Below, in pieces: positions 28,039 to 40,999 of a stretch of DNA of 64,000 nucleotides; position 1 is the stretch's first letter; each line of letters opens with the position of its first letter. This DNA is from Eledone cirrhosa (lineage: Eukaryota), in the NCBI GenBank assembly GCA_964016885.1, contig OZ024747.1:74648001-74712000 (forward strand), in the 5' to 3' direction. The position numbers and the translations under genes are program-made. The notes under the pieces are model-generated. The model searched no databases, had not been told where the DNA came from, and was given only the letters and a program-made list of their open reading frames with translations.

Positions 28039-28352
28039 AATATATGTGTATGTATGTATATGTGTGTGTGTGTCTGTGTGTAATGCTTATAAATTATATT
28101 TCTCTTTGAAACCATTTTGTTGGAGGAATAAAAATAGCTTCAAATTTGAGAAAGTTACCATCTTCTTTTGTGAGTTTGTATCGATAATGTATTCTGGTTA
28201 GCTCATACACACCCGTACGAACACACGCGCACCCACATATATATGGATAGATATACATACATACTCGTACACACAGATATATGTAGGCAGGCACACTCTC
28301 TCACACAGAAAAAGACTCATAATTGTTCTCCATTGCAGGTGATTGATTGATT

Positions 28353-28421
<69 letters not shown>

Positions 28422-29159
28422 GTGTGTGTGTGTGTCAGAGACAGGGCAAGTATATATAAGTGTTAGAGTATGTATGTGTATAATAAGTGTTAGAGTATGT
28501 ATGTGTATGTATGTAAATCATAGGTATGAATTGTATTCAAATATTAGTGCGTGTATGTGTGTATGTGTGTGTAGTTGCGCCAGAGAATGTAAGTATTTAA
28601 GTGTGTGTGTGTGTGTACCTACGTGTGCCGCACAGAGTGAGAAAGAAAGGGAAGAGAAAGAGAAGGATAAAGACTGTAACTTGTGTGTAATAGATAGATA
28701 GATAGATAGGTAGATAGAGAGAGAAGTAGTGGAGTGAAGGAGATCAGTAGAGCGCACACACAAACACAGTGTTAATGATATGACTGACAAGTTGGTGCTG
28801 GCAAATCTCTTCTTCCTAGGTTTATTATTGGCAAATGACAAATGCGATTAAATCTATCAAACAGATTACAATTATACAATTTACATCTTGATTTCGATAC
28901 AGTTTAAATTAATCTTATCAATAAAAAAAATAAACACAAAAGTTATTTCCTAAATATCAAATTTATATTTTTTTTTTCTATTTTTTTTAAGATTTAAATT
29001 TTTTGTTTGTTTTTTTTGTTTTAAATAAAAATTACATTTATCGTTATTTGCCTAAAAAGTTTGGCGATTTAGCAACTAACATTGAATTGTTAAGTTAATT
29101 TACATACCTTACATTTCACATTCACAAACACTTATATATATATAAGATATTAAATTAAT

Positions 29160-29280
29160 AATTGTTTCTACTTTTGGCACAAGGCCAGCAATTACCCAGT
29201 ACATTACTGGTACTTTATTTTATCAACCCCGTCAGGTTGAAAGGCAAAGTTAACCTCGGTGGGATTTGAACTCAGAACGT
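29160..29280 (-). mobile_element. tRNA-derived SINE
   Basis: High similarity to 35431-35608. Confidence 0.8.
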
Positions 29281-29934
29281 AATTAATAATGAAAATAAAA
29301 AAACAACAATCAAGTTACTTATATATATAGAGAGATTAGTATGTTCGTTGTTCTTTTTTATTTATTAAATTCTTATATATATTTTGTATGTATATCTAGA
29401 TGGTCGCTTTTAAACTACACTGGATTGAGAGGATCTTTCATTTACAAAAATGAATTATGTAGTTAGCAATTGAAATAGTTAACGTGCCCCACAGCAATGA
29501 AAAGTATAATAATGATGGTCAAGAATTTATGGTCAAGGGGTGGGAAAAATCGATTAAACTGACCCCATTGCGTTAGTGGTTTATCAATCCTGTAAGGATG
29601 AAAGGCAAAGCTAACCTCGGCGAGATTTGAACTCAGAACGTAAAGGGACGTGTCTAAATACATCGAAATATTTTGTCCGAAATTCTAACGATTCTGTCAA
29701 GCAACCAATAATGATAGTAAAAAAATTTGTAATTACAGGTATAACAGTAATGAGGATACACAACCACTTATATAATATATACAGGGACTTGTTCATATTA
29801 CCTATAAGGATAGACATAAGCACGCTCCAGAAAAAAATAGCTATTCATAATATCTGTAAAGTATTAGTCTCCTGTTTTTAACCTTGAACATTTTAATGTA
29901 TTTTCGAAATTGTACTTGTTTGAGCTATAAAGGC

Positions 29935-30220
29935 ACGTCAGTTGGATTTCCGAACCGGGCGGCGCGCTGTGTCCTTGGGCAAAACACTTTATTTCACGTT
30001 ACTGCAATCCGTTCAGCTTGGGAAATAAGTTTTACCTGGAATTTACCTGGGGAGAAGCTTTGTCACACGTTATGTCGCACTGAAGTCTCTTGAGAAATAC
30101 GTTAAGGCTAAAGATGGACATGCCTGTGGAATGCTCAGCCACCATTATTATATGCTAATTTCATGATCAGGCAATTAAATCAACTTGAACACTCGTCATT
30201 GCCAACGACGGAGCTCCAGC
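29935..30220 (+). mobile_element. Second SINE-like family (GTCCTTGGGCAAAACACTTTATTTCAC core)
   Basis: Reverse-complement homolog at ~42375-42665. Confidence 0.6.
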
Positions 30221-30413
30221 AACACTTGATTTGAGACCACCTGTTGAAACTGAAGCAATTAAATCGTGAAAGAGTCACTTTAACCACACAAGACATTATA
30301 TTCATTTTTCATCTATTATAAGTTGTCACAGTTTTTCGTCACAGTGAGAGCTGTTCACTGTGATACACGAGAGGTAACTCTGTGTTTATCGAACCACCAA
30401 TAATCTATATAAT

Positions 30414-30766
30414 GATAATGATGTAGCTTGCACCTTTGACACAAGAGTGCAGGAAAAGAAGAAAATTAACTGGTACCAGGATCTAAAGTATGAACTGAAA
30501 ATGATTTGGGACTGTCATGAGATCAAGGCTGTCCCTATCATCACTAGGTACTATCTCGAATAGTTTCCAAGGCTGGTTAAAGAAAATTAGCCCACCCCTT
30601 TTTTGGGAGCACTTCAAAGAGCATACCTTTTGGGAATATCAAGAATCCTCCGATACACCCTAAATATCTGAGGCTACAGGCTTGATGTTCATTAGGGCAA
30701 ATTTTCCAGTTAATAATATCAATGACTGATATATCAAATTATTAATAATAATAATAATAATAATAA
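30414..30766 (+). mobile_element. R4/Dong-like non-LTR 3' fragment (restriction-like endonuclease end)
   Basis: DVACTFDTRVQEK..YQDLKYELKMIW..LQRAYLLGISRILR; ends in (ATA)n. Confidence 0.75.
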
Positions 30767-30769
30767 CAG

Positions 30770-31035
30770 TCAAGAAAATGTGGTATGGTGAAAGCAAGAG
30801 TGGTACCAATTGTGATTGGAGCACTTGGGTCAGTGACAGAAAAACTCCAGAAAAAAACTTGGTAGAATTGGAATCAGTCCCAGCAATACAACATTGCAGA
30901 AAACAATACTTTGGGGAACAGTAAATATCCTGTGGAAAGTACTGTAAGAGGTTACATAACTTAATAGGGAGACAAATGATCTAGTGTTAATAAGATCATC
31001 TCTGTAAATGAACATGGGTAATAATAATAATAATA
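30770..31035 (+). mobile_element. Second R4/Dong-like 3' fragment
   Basis: VVPIVIGALGSV..LQKTILWGTVNIL; ends in (ATA)n. Confidence 0.75.
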
Positions 31036-31108
31036 CCGTTACCAGTCTTGCCAACTTTCTATATCATCATCATCATCATCATTTTACGTCCGCTTTTCCA
31101 TGCTTGCA

Positions 31109-31266
31109 AGGCCAGCAATTATCCAGTACATTACTGGTACTTTATTTTATCGACCCCCGTAAGGATGAAAAGCAAAGTTAACCTCGGCGGGATTTGAACT
31201 CAGACTGTGAAGGGACGTAACTATGCTAGAAAGCATGGCGTCCAACCCTCTACCGATACTGCCAAT
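31109..31266 (-). mobile_element. tRNA-derived SINE interrupted by an RTE-tail patch
   Basis: Near-identical to 35431-35608. Confidence 0.8.
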
Positions 31267-33013
31267 GGTTTCTAATTTAGGCACAATTTTAGATGAGGGA
31301 TATGTCAGTTGAGTCGACCCCAGTATTTTATTTTATTGAATTTGGAAGTATGAAAGACATAGTTGACCTCAATGGGAAGGACATAATGAGATGGAAGAAG
31401 TATTTCAAAGTATTTCTTCTGATGCTATGTAATAATATTAATAATAATTTTTTTTAAACTTATTTACCTATCAACTTTTGTGATGTGACTTAAGTAAATG
31501 TGAGGATGGAATAATAATAATACTAATAAAAGGGTATTGAAAACTGCCGAAACCAATGAAGCCTGCTCTAAGTGGCTGGTTGGTATTTGGTAGTCATTGA
31601 ATATAAAGTGAAATTGAAGGAAAATATAATGATATGGGTTTCTAATTTGGCACAAGGCCAGCAATTTTGGATGGAGGAGGACGTCAATTAAATCAACCCA
31701 AGTGCATGACTGGTACTATGTTATTGACCTCAGAAGGATGAAAGGTAAAATTGACATCAGAGTGCAGCTTATCAGACTGACTACAGTAAAGCATTCTAAT
31801 GCAATTCCCCAGCCTAATTATAATATTGGTAGTAATAATGTACATACTTTGCATAATATGTTAATTTTGCATTTGTACACAACCTCACAATTGTAGAGGG
31901 GGGGGGGGGGTATGTTTGATTGTATTGATGTATAAGGGTACAAATACAGGGGAGGGAGGTGTTTTTAAAATTTAAGATTTTACAATGATAATGCCGGTGA
32001 AATCAAATGAAGAAGTGATAATGTTGGTGATATCAAAAGACCATGTGATAATGTTGGTGATACTATATGAACAAGCAATAAAAGTGAGATAATTATGATG
32101 ATATATGAAAAAGTGATAATGTCTGATATTATAATAGGAACTTATATAATGTAAGTGATATCATATGAACATGTGATAATGTTGGTTATATAATGTAATA
32201 TATATAATGATGATATCATATTATAATGTCATATATAAACAATGAGAGTGTTGGTGATATATGAACAGGTGATATAGGGTCAGTGTTATATCAATAATGA
32301 TAGTGTTGATGTTACCATATAAACAAGTGATATTGACAAATAAACCTCATTTGGTCATTCAATGAGAGTATCATGATCAGCCTATGAACTTGTCAGTCAA
32401 TCTTCATACATGATATCAGTATGCTTACATAAATACATGTATTGATAAAGACATGCACATATAAGTGTGTGTGTGTATGATAACACTTTTGTACTCTTTT
32501 TATCAAAATACTTGATTCCCCCACAATATACTATAAATTTTGTTATGTATATATCAATAGTGGTTTTTTAATTTAGACACAAGGCCAGCATTTGATACCC
32601 AAGCGAGACCAGCTGACCTTATAGATGTTATCCAACCAACTTTTTTCTTAGGAGACAAAAACTGAAACAAAAATAGACCTTCATTGGTTTCAATGATGAG
32701 TGTTCTAGTTGTTTTATCAACAGACCAGCCTACTTGTTAAATGAGTATGTGGCTGAGTATTCCACCAAGACCCTTTACATAATTCTCAAGGAGAATCAGC
32801 ATGAAACAGTAACAAGTCCGGACCTTTGAATTAGAGGTTCATTCTGACAGACTTTCTAATAGTTTCCAAAAGCTTAGGTCAACCAGAGGCTATCATAAGA
32901 CACTTGCCCAAACTACCATACTGTTGGATTGAATCTGGAATATCATGATTGTGGAGTGGACATTATAACAATTGAGCCATCTGTGTCTAAGTGAAATATC
33001 TTTAACACATTTG

Positions 33014-33072
<59 letters not shown>

Positions 33073-33134
33073 ATGTGTGTGTGTTCATAGATACGCACAC
33101 ACACATATAATATATATATATGTACATGTGTGTG

Positions 33135-33335
33135 ATGAGAGTTGGTAGAAAAGTTCATAGGCTGACCATGATACTCTCATGGAATGACCAAATGAGGTTT
33201 ATTTTTCAACATAGTCCTTGGAAAGAAACTATGCAGTTGTTATTAATAAGAAGAGTTTAAATTAATGCATGCAAGATTTCATAGCTCTAGCATCACTTCC
33301 TCATACTCAGCCTATGAACTTGTCAGCCAGCCGTA
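33135..33335. mobile_element. mariner-type MITE (~200 bp)
   Basis: TIR AAGTTCATAGGCTGA / TCAGCCTATGAACTT; homologs at ~53200-53392 and ~32338-32408. Confidence 0.7.
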
Positions 33336-33889
33336 ATAGGTTTGTTTTCCTTTCTGGGGCAATGTTTTACAGTCAAATGCCCATCCTAGTGTCAGCCCTT
33401 TTAGTTGCCTCTTATTACAGGCAGAGGTTTGATATAACTTAACTGTACCTGATACAGGTTGCATGTGATGAAAACTAATGATAATTAATGTGAAGGTAAT
33501 ATTACTCATGTCTTAAGATATGTCAAATTAGATTAACATAATCTTTTGCTAAAAGCTATTTATGGCATAACTTAGATTTTTTAATGATCTGCCAGTGAAA
33601 TGAAGGTCACAATAGTTAAGACATCAAAGCTCTTTTCTACTTTTCTTAGAAATTCTTATGCAATTATAAATCAGTAACTAGATCTTTGAACTATTGAAAA
33701 TTATAAATTTTTCTAATATTTGACTGTAATTAAAATGCATTTACATCTGTACAGATAGATTTATTTATAGATACCATTAATAGAATCTTAAAGATGAGCA
33801 ACAAATGTGACCAGTCACACAGATGCATATATATGAATATATCTATACTGCTATCATCATGTGTGTTTGTGTTACTTGTGTAGATATAT

Positions 33890-33951
<62 letters not shown>

Positions 33952-33957
<6 letters not shown>

Positions 33958-34174
33958 AAGGAAGTGTGGTAAAGAACCAGGTGGACCACAACGCACCAGA
34001 GTACTCAATACTTTGGGTAGTAGAGTAGGTAATAGGAAAAAAAGTCAGGACCCCGACGGCAGAGCTCAAGTCGTTTCAATGGCTATTTCTGGACTCAAAT
34101 CCAGAAATAGCTGTCCAGAAATAGTCGTCAAAACGGCTTGAGCTCTGCCGTCGGGATCCTGACTTTTTTCCTAT
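33952..34174 (-). mobile_element. Fold-back element homologous to 16448-16645
   Basis: Hairpin 34032-34174 with small internal duplication; GTACTCAATA at 34001-34010; TA flanks. Confidence 0.75.
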
Positions 34175-35116
34175 ATATAATATGGGCATCCAGCCATAAA
34201 AAGCTTGCCAAACAAAGGGTTGGAAGGACCCTTTAGTTGTGTCAAGGACATGACAACCTCCCTAGCATTGATTGATCTACACGGAAAGCAGGCATTAAAG
34301 TAATGATGATGATGATATATGTATGTCTATATGTACATGTACACATGTATGTATATGTGTGTGTTTATCTTTATATATATATAGGTAACAGTGTCTGTAT
34401 ATATGTCTAAGATGTAATCCAGAATTTAATGCAGGTAATGGAGAAAGAAACATTTAAAATATATAAATTTATTAACATTTAAACCTTTACTCTCAAACTA
34501 CCTGAAACTGTCTCTGATTCTACAAAAAGCATCCCATTTTAATATGTTCCTACTTGAATTAAAACTTTCCAACATAATTTTATATACAAATATTTTGTTA
34601 TGTTCCAAATACATCTTAATGAAATTATAATTTTAGTAAATCCTTCCAATCTTTCATTAATTAAAATACAAATTATTTCATTAGAAATATTCTACCAAAA
34701 TGGTGAATGGACGGGAGAAAAATACTTCTTAGAATACATACTACCAGGTGTATAGAAATATCTTTTCTGAATAGTAAACTGGTGGTGACTTGAACACTTA
34801 TATACATAAAATTGTATAATATATTTAAAATAGGAGTAAGGGAATAATTAGTATTTAAAATTCAGTGTCTAATTTATGATAATTATTTCTATCTCCGTGT
34901 CTAATTATGTATAAAATAAAAATATTGTTATAATCGATTTTTATATTACACATTGATAATCTCTTTTATGTTTAATTAATTGAGAACCTGTTTTTGATTA
35001 ACCCATGATATTGAAAGTGACTAGCGTCCGAAACGTTAAGACCCTCTTTCTGCTATATCAAGCGTGAACCTAATATATACCTTCCATATACTGTACCGAT
35101 TGTGTTGTTATTTCTT

Positions 35117-35155
<39 letters not shown>

Positions 35156-35332
35156 ATGTATAGTAATCGCATATATACAAACGTCTCTCTCTCTATATAT
35201 ATATATATATTAGTGAAAGTAGATGATCGACTGCAAGCTCGGGCACTTTTGGCTAGTTACCTCTACCACATACCATGTATCATGTATTGAGTACTTCTCT
35301 GACCTGTGGTCTTCCTAGTCTCCATACTGCAG

Positions 35333-35375
<43 letters not shown>

Positions 35376-35430
35376 TTTGAAATGTGTGCATCGCAACACA
35401 AAGGACCATAATAATTAATCACTATATATA

Positions 35431-35608
35431 ATTGTTTCTACTTTAGGCACAAGGCCAGCAATTACCCAGTGCATTACTGGTACTTTATTTTATCGACCTC
35501 GTAAGGATGAAAGGCAAAGTCAACCTCGGCGGGACTTGAACTCAGATCGTAAAGGGATGTAATTATGCTGGAAAGCATGGCGTACGACCCTCTACCGATA
35601 CTGCCAAT
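35431..35608 (-). mobile_element. tRNA-derived SINE, best-preserved copy
   Basis: Minus strand A-box TGGCAGTATCGG and B-box GAGTTCAAGTCCC; more than 15 related fragments in window. Confidence 0.85.
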
Positions 35609-36173
35609 CCAATTGAGAAAAATCAATGAATTTCACTTTTTCAGGGGTACTTTACTTGATTTTCTCAAATGTTATTTATAGTGATTGACAATTATTATCC
35701 TCTTTAGCATTGGGTTGGGACACACACATTTCAAATTTTTGCCGTGCTTCCTAAGTCAACAGGTTTGTTTACATACATGTAAAACACGTACATATATCTA
35801 TATATAGGAGTCTGTATGTGTGTATGTTAATGTTGGCTAGAATACAATTATGAAGTACATTATCATATTTATAGCCTAGAGAGAAATATATGAAAGAAAG
35901 TATTAAAAGAAATTAATTTTGGTTGAATTACTTATTAAAATATCACAAAAAAATTAGCCTGGAAAAAAATATAGGGAGATTTTTCTGGTGATTTAATAAT
36001 TATTATCCTGATTGTGTCATCAATTTATAATAGTATCTGGCCTGTTAGGTATTGTTTTCATCAACATAATTTATAGATTATTCATCTTTTGCATAAATCA
36101 TAAAACAAACAGATATCAGAAATAGAACAATTTGAAAATATTAACCAATAGCAAGTGTGTGTGTGTGTGTGTG

Positions 36174-36210
<37 letters not shown>

Positions 36211-36487
36211 AGTGGTTGACAGGACTAGCATAAGTTTTCCCTGCTAGTCCCAGTTGCATCGCAATGTACTCAAAAGGTAAATTAATGAATAAATCCCAGA
36301 GTAGACACAAAGTTATTTGCCTCGATACTACACACGTAAATGGGTACCATAAATTTATACCCATACTCGAGTTTTGGCCACACTTAATGCAGCAAGAGAG
36401 TGTACAGCATCCACTGCCTACATTTATCATGCAATAATGTACTATCGGTGCAGGTATATATATATATATAATATATATATATACACA

Positions 36488-37974
36488 ACGAATATAGTGA
36501 TGAGTTTAGCGTAAAAGTTGGCGTCCATCAGGGCTCTGTTCTCAGCCCACTACTATTTATTATTGCCCTTCAGGCTATAACAGAGGAGTTCAAGACAGGC
36601 TGCCCATGGGAACTCCTATACGCAGACGACCTGACACTCATAGCGGAATCAATGGCCGAGCTAGAGAAGAAATTCCAAACATGGAAGCACGGCCTAGAGT
36701 CAAAAGGACTTAAAATTAACCTGGCTAAGACCAAAGTACTAGTTTGTAGGAAAGAAAACAAGGCGGCGGTCCCTTCTGGGAAATGGTCGTGCTCGGTGTG
36801 TAGGAAAGGCGTAGGTAGAAACTCCATTTTATGTCCTAAATGCAAAGTATGGGTGCATAAAAGATGTAGTGGGATCACAGGTAAGCTAACTAAGAACATA
36901 GATTTTACATGTTGCCGGTGCTCTGGTGCAATAAGTAGCAGCAAGTGCCCACAAACTACTAGCTCTTTCAATTGCGCAGAGGGTTCTATAGAAATAGTGG
37001 ACAGCTTCCGTTACCTGGGCGATAAAATCAGCAGTGGGGGAGGGTGCTCTGAAAGTACTGTAGCTAGAGTCAGAACTGGTTGGAAAAAGTTCAGAGAGCT
37101 TATACCACTATTAGCTGCTAAAGGGTTCTCACTAAAAATGAAAGGCAGGTTGTACGATGCCTGCATACGAACAGCAATGCTGCATGGCAGTGAGACCTGG
37201 GCATTGTGTGCAGAGGATATACGCAGACTAGAGAGGAACGAAGCTTGCATGCTCCGCTGGATGTGTAACAGTAATATACGTGAACGGCAAAGCATAAACG
37301 AACTAAGGAAAAAATTAGAGATAAGAGGGATCAGATGTTGTTTACTCGAGAGAAGGCTACGTTGGTATGGACACGTGATGCGCATGAAAGTCGATAGCTG
37401 TATAACAAAGTGCAGGGCAATAAAGATAGACGGTAGTCACGGAATAGGCAGACCTAGAAAAACCTGGGACGAGCTGATAAACTCCGACATCACACACTTA
37501 CACCTCTCCAAGACAATGTCACTGGACCGAGACCTTTGGCGGTACTCAGTAACAGAGAAGACCCGCCTTACCTAAATATATAGTAAAACCTACTCCAGCC
37601 AGTAGGCATCTCTAACAAAATACACCCCGTCCCACCACCCCCGCCCCCACCCCATCCACACCACCCCGTTCTATGTAAAGTTATGTTGGTGCCGCGCCAT
37701 CGAGGCCGAAACAAATGAGATCGTGTAGGTGTCACGACAAAAAAACACACAGTCCACGCTGTAATGTGGCCGTGTAGGCAACACGGTAAAAACCTCCCAG
37801 ACCCACACTGTAAATGTGGTTGGTGTTAGGAAGGGCATCCAACTGTAGAAAACCTGCCAGACAGTCCTATGCGAGCAAGACAATCACTCTTGCCTCAAGT
37901 GGGACTACCCCCGTCCAAACCCATGCAAGCGTGGAACACGGACGTTAAACGTTGATGATGATGATGATGATGAT
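36488..37974 (+). mobile_element. 5'-truncated RTE-clade LINE with 3' UTR and (GAT)n tail
   Basis: RT motifs GVHQGSVLSP, YADD, FRYLG; LHGSETW, RLRWYGHV, GRPRKTW; possible ATACACA target-site duplication (36481/37973). Confidence 0.93.
36490..37575 (+). CDS. Partial reverse transcriptase ORF of RTE LINE with embedded PHD-type finger (open, 5'-truncated)
   Basis: Frame open from 36490 into ORF 36652-37575; C-x2-C-x10-C-x2-C-x4-H-x2-C-x14-C-x2-C at 36790-36921. Confidence 0.85.
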   Translation, partial: EYSDEFSVKVGVHQGSVLSPLLFIIALQAITEEFKTGCPWELLYADDLTLIAESMAELEKKFQTWKHGLESKGLKINLAKTKVLVCRKENKAAVPSGKWSCSVCRKGVGRNSILCPKCKVWVHKRCSGITGKLTKNIDFTCCRCSGAISSSKCPQTTSSFNCAEGSIEIVDSFRYLGDKISSGGGCSESTVARVRTGWKKFRELIPLLAAKGFSLKMKGRLYDACIRTAMLHGSETWALCAEDIRRLERNEACMLRWMCNSNIRERQSINELRKKLEIRGIRCCLLERRLRWYGHVMRMKVDSCITKCRAIKIDGSHGIGRPRKTWDELINSDITHLHLSKTMSLDRDLWRYSVTEKTRLT

Positions 37975-38249
37975 ACACACACACACACAAAGTTCAAATA
38001 TATGTAGACAATTATATATGATAGTATGTAATTGCCAAGTAGTTTAAGAATTAGCTCAATGCGTTTATATATTATTTATTCTTCTGAAGATGAAGTGCAA
38101 ACAATATCCCTATATCATTTTGTATCTATAGATCTTGATTATACAAATTTATAGCTAATATTCTTCGAATAATTTGGTGTATGACTCTCTTAAAACATGT
38201 GTAAGAATTAAGCATGATTTAAAAGCTAATTTTTCCATCTATATATTTG

Positions 38250-38294
<45 letters not shown>

Positions 38295-38453
38295 GATAAT
38301 GTGGGTCTATGAGAGAATTAGAGCTAAAAATCCAAGACCTCAGGGCTTTGCACACCTCCAGTACTATAGGAAACTACATAATTAATATTTTACAGAGAAT
38401 AATCTAATCAGCTTAAAAAAACATAGAAACATAAAAGCATTATACTTACACAG

Positions 38454-38776
38454 CCACTAATTTTTCACAAATGGCCGATGATGATTCCTTTGTCCAGAAT
38501 TTGTCGGTTATGGATTTATCATTCATCGATGACTCGCAGATTCTTGACGGAATTTGAAACAATACTGTACCAGCTTAAACATGGATGTTTGTACTCCGGC
38601 AGATTTGTATGTGTTAAACTAGAAGAATACTGGCTGTTTTAATTGATGAAATGTTTTTATATGTTAATCTGTCGATACAATAATTACACCATTTTCATAG
38701 CTTAGACTTCTGGCTGGAGATGCTGTATTACAATTAATCCGATGTGTGTGCTCCAAAGGAATTTGTTGATCAAATT
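38454..38776 (+). other. Putative 5' UTR exon containing several uORFs
   Basis: Acceptor CACAG|C at 38453 (weak pyrimidine tract), donor ATT|GTGAGT at 38776; unique, repeat-free sequence. Confidence 0.5.
38471..38557 (+). CDS. Putative uORF peptide MADDDSFVQNLSVMDLSFIDDSQILDGI (28 aa)
   Basis: Good start context CACAAATGG; protein-like acidic composition; lies inside the putative exon. Confidence 0.4.
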   Translation: MADDDSFVQNLSVMDLSFIDDSQILDGI

Positions 38777-39280
38777 GTGAGTGAGATCAAAATCACTGAG
38801 TATCGATCTAAACACTTTATATATATATATATATTATTATTTACTATTAATTCAGTATTGCAGTAACTTCTTTTATAGTGCTTTTTCACTTAAATAATGG
38901 GTGTTTTTCAATATTAAAATTATTATTATATTAAAATCTTATTTCTAATATGTAACAAATTACACTTAATCTAGATCAAATTGGTAATAAAAACACTGAC
39001 TACATCAGATCTTTGGACACAATATTGAGACCAGATACACTTTTTGAGCGTCATATGTAAATATTGACAAGATGTACAGTAATAAGCGTGAGCCTATGAA
39101 GATGTTAAGAGTAAAATAATTCAACAGTAGATAAAGACATTATAAAAATCTTTCCTTACAGAAGTTCCGAGTTTCCTGATTAAAGAGCAATCATTACCAG
39201 AAAACAAAGACATGTGAAATAGTTGGTCATATCCTAAGGCAATATAAATATGCATCATTCCTTTTCTTCTTTTTGTTACT

Positions 39281-39519
39281 ATATGCTACCAGAAAAGTAA
39301 ACACTATTCTATAGCACCACAATATAACTACACTACATCATATGCTACCAGAAAAGTAAACACTATTCTACAGCACCACAATATAACTACACTACATCAT
39401 ATGCTACCAGAAAAGTAAACACTATTCTACAGCACCACAATATAACTACACTACATCATATGCTACCAGAAAAGTAAACACTATTCTACAGCACCACAAT
39501 ATAACTACACTACATCATA
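39281..39519. repeat. 59-bp tandem repeat x4
   Basis: Near-identical units starting 39281, 39340, 39399, 39458. Confidence 0.95.
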
Positions 39520-39711
39520 CGGCTGTATTTCTACTTCATCAATTCTAGTAGTATCAAAGTTAAAGTTTACTTTAATAAGACATAGCCTGAAACTAAACAG
39601 AGCTCATTAGTGGCTCTTTATACCAACTGAATTATGTTCTAGTTTCTTGTTATTTAAACTCATTAGCAGTGAAATAATTTGTTATTTAGTTTCATATATA
39701 TATTTAAATAA

Positions 39712-40048
39712 GGCAATGAATTGAAAGAGTCATTACAATGTTGGACAGAATGCTTTGCAGTATTTGATCTGGCTCTCTGCTCTCTGAGTTCAAATCCTGC
39801 TGAGGTCAACTTTGTCTTTCATCATTTCAGGGTGAATAAAAAAAAAGTACCGGTCAAATACTGGGGTTGATTCTTCTTCTATATCTCTTTCTGACTATCT
39901 TTCTCTCACTCTCTCAATCCTTCTCTGGAAGAAATCTGTTGTGTTCAGACTTGGAGAGGAGATGAGGTCTTCCAGGCTTAAAAGGCCCTAGAAATGCTGT
40001 ATGCCATTATAGCACCCCTACAACTCCATCAGGAGTTATGGGACCGTG
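39712..40048 (+). mobile_element. SINE subfamily with CT linker and GGAAGAAATCTG tail
   Basis: Same architecture as 970-1835 and 48248-48570. Confidence 0.75.
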
Positions 40049-40254
40049 CATGTATGTGTCAGAATCTGACTAAACCTTGCAGTGGACTGGAAGAATTGTT
40101 AAAGTTTAAGATAAAACATTTCTTCTCTCTCCACTCCAAGTTTGTATCTTGCAGAGGTCAATTTTACTTCACATTCTTTTAATATCGATAATATGAAATA
40201 AACACCCAGTAAAATGTGTGTGTGTGGAGGGGGCAGAATTGTTAGAGCAATAGA

Positions 40255-40405
40255 TGAGATCATCATTATCATCATCCTTACAACCATTTTCCATAATTGG
40301 ATGGGTTGGATGGATCCTTTTCAGCAAAGTATCTCTCCACTCATCACTTTCCTTCATCATCTCCTTTGTGAGTCTCAGTAATTTGAGATCAGCTCTCACC
40401 ACCTC
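40255..40405 (-). mobile_element. Decayed RTE 3' end
   Basis: VRADLKLLRLTKEM..W followed by (GAT)n-like tail; similar + strand remnant at ~46810-47035. Confidence 0.55.
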
Positions 40406-40999
40406 CCTTTAGGGATGCCTTGCAATATTGTGGCTCTTTGTGTTCTGAGTTCAAATCTTGTTCTATCCTATCTAGGTGGTAGACTTAATCCATCATCCAG
40501 TTTAATACCGTCATTTGACCCTTGAATGCTTTTAACAGAGTTTACTCTGTTGTAAGCATTCAGACCATGTCTCTAATTTACAGACATATGCCTTATTAAC
40601 TTCCAGTCTCAGAGGCTGTGGAAATGGTCATGAGCACTGCTCCTCTCTTCTTGACTAAACTGTAAAAATGAAAAATGTTTTGTAAACCTTTGAAAACACA
40701 AATTAAGTTATAATATATAATCAAATATAAGCTGAGGAATATGTAACCAAATAATCGAAGGTAGAATGGGGGCTTGACTTTTATTTGGGTTCAATATTTT
40801 AACGATTTTCACCAACTTCAAATTCTAAGTAAATAAGGTTTGGATCTTTGCCCATTTCTCCAACATAAAATAGTGGGATTAGCTTTTATTCAAGTATATA
40901 TGGTAATTGAAGATTATTCAGATTCACTCCTTCATTATTGTATTTCTAGCCGAAGAAATGAGGGAAACATATTTCTAGATTTTATCATTAGAATTCAGC

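Noticed and set aside
35020-35050. GTCCGAAACGTTAAGACCC, 3' half of a hammerhead
   Set aside because: No CUGANGA or matching stem I strand upstream
35431-35608. A/B boxes suggesting a tRNA gene
   Set aside because: No cloverleaf; multi-copy SINE head
36211-36455. Insert with TTTGAGTAC (minus), small hairpin and AAAACTCGAGTA
   Set aside because: Possibly a decayed member of the motif family, but no core or long inverted repeat to support a call
37011-37385. 124-aa minus-strand ORF (also 36570-36971)
   Set aside because: Antisense to the RTE reverse transcriptase frame
38555-38578. Selenocysteine read-through of the uORF TGA
   Set aside because: An in-frame TAA follows after six codons; no SECIS evident
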